Below are positions 23,940 through 24,000 of a stretch of 24,000 bases of DNA, in pieces. The notes beneath the pieces are model-generated. The model did no database searches and was not told where the DNA came from. It saw nothing but the letters and a program-made list of their open reading frames with translations. Each line of letters begins with the position of its first letter. Positions within the stretch are counted from its first letter, which is position 1. The translations under genes were made by a program, and so were the position numbers. Where the stretch lies: positions 150,560 through 174,559 of the forward strand of contig JBBALI010000001.1 in assembly GCA_040403095.1 (NCBI GenBank). Reading direction: 5' to 3'. This DNA is from Crocinitomicaceae bacterium. GTDB lineage: Bacteria > Bacteroidota > Bacteroidia > Flavobacteriales_D > Crocinitomicaceae.

Positions 23940-24000
23940 TTATTTCTTCTTCAAAGACTCTTTGACAAAATTTTCAATGGCAGCTGTCATAGAAGGAACA
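23940..24000 (-). CDS. 3' end of an unidentified minus-strand gene (extends beyond window)
   Basis: This is the only minus-strand frame open to the window edge: ...VPSMTAAIENFVKESLKKK, then TAA at 23942-23940, just before the terminator. Confidence 0.35.
   Translation of the reverse strand, partial: VPSMTAAIENFVKESLKKK

Noticed and set aside
1-24000. Search by eye for tRNA/rRNA, CRISPR repeats, IS elements, integrases and phage genes
   Set aside because: None was found. The intergenic regions are short, AT-rich and lack cloverleaf-capable GC-rich segments or regularly spaced repeats. The only large repeat is the 17262/18744 duplication.

Overview
AT-rich chromosomal segment. Gene content, absence of Shine-Dalgarno-like spacing and perfect TAnnTTTG -7 boxes suggest Bacteroidota, probably Flavobacteriia-like; this taxonomy is inference only. 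No rRNA, tRNA, CRISPR array, transposase or integrase was seen.

Layout:
(1) 1-10491: holB 3' end (+ strand), then a compact minus-strand block of pgk, a DUF5684-like membrane protein, a GT2 glycosyltransferase and two large polytopic GT-C-like membrane proteins. The two membrane proteins are interleaved with, and translationally coupled to, the CoA-transferase subunits scoA and scoB. PBP1A follows.
(2) 10660-17486: an AraC-family regulator followed by nine tightly packed co-directional genes. They encode a secreted YHS protein, DoxX, an outer-membrane beta-barrel, a DM13 lipoprotein, a DinB-like protein, an NRDE/TANGO2 homologue, a stand-alone CoaB-like ligase, an ATP-grasp ligase and a LysE-like exporter. 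I know of no described pathway with this composition and consider it the best candidate for a novel system. My hypothesis is synthesis and export of a cysteine-containing thiol or metallophore, coupled to envelope metal/redox proteins.
(3) 17262-19385: an MntA/HepT toxin-antitoxin pair sits inside a 1.48-kb-period segmental duplication. The second copy holds a truncated exporter fragment and a frameshifted mntA.
(4) 19416-24000: an overlapping pair of uncharacterised lipoproteins, DUF2071 plus an untracked 45-codon DUF2256 zinc-ribbon gene, a membrane protein with a very acidic tail, a small hypothetical protein, a bidirectional terminator and the 3' end of a minus-strand gene.

All family assignments come from motif recognition by eye, not from database searches.
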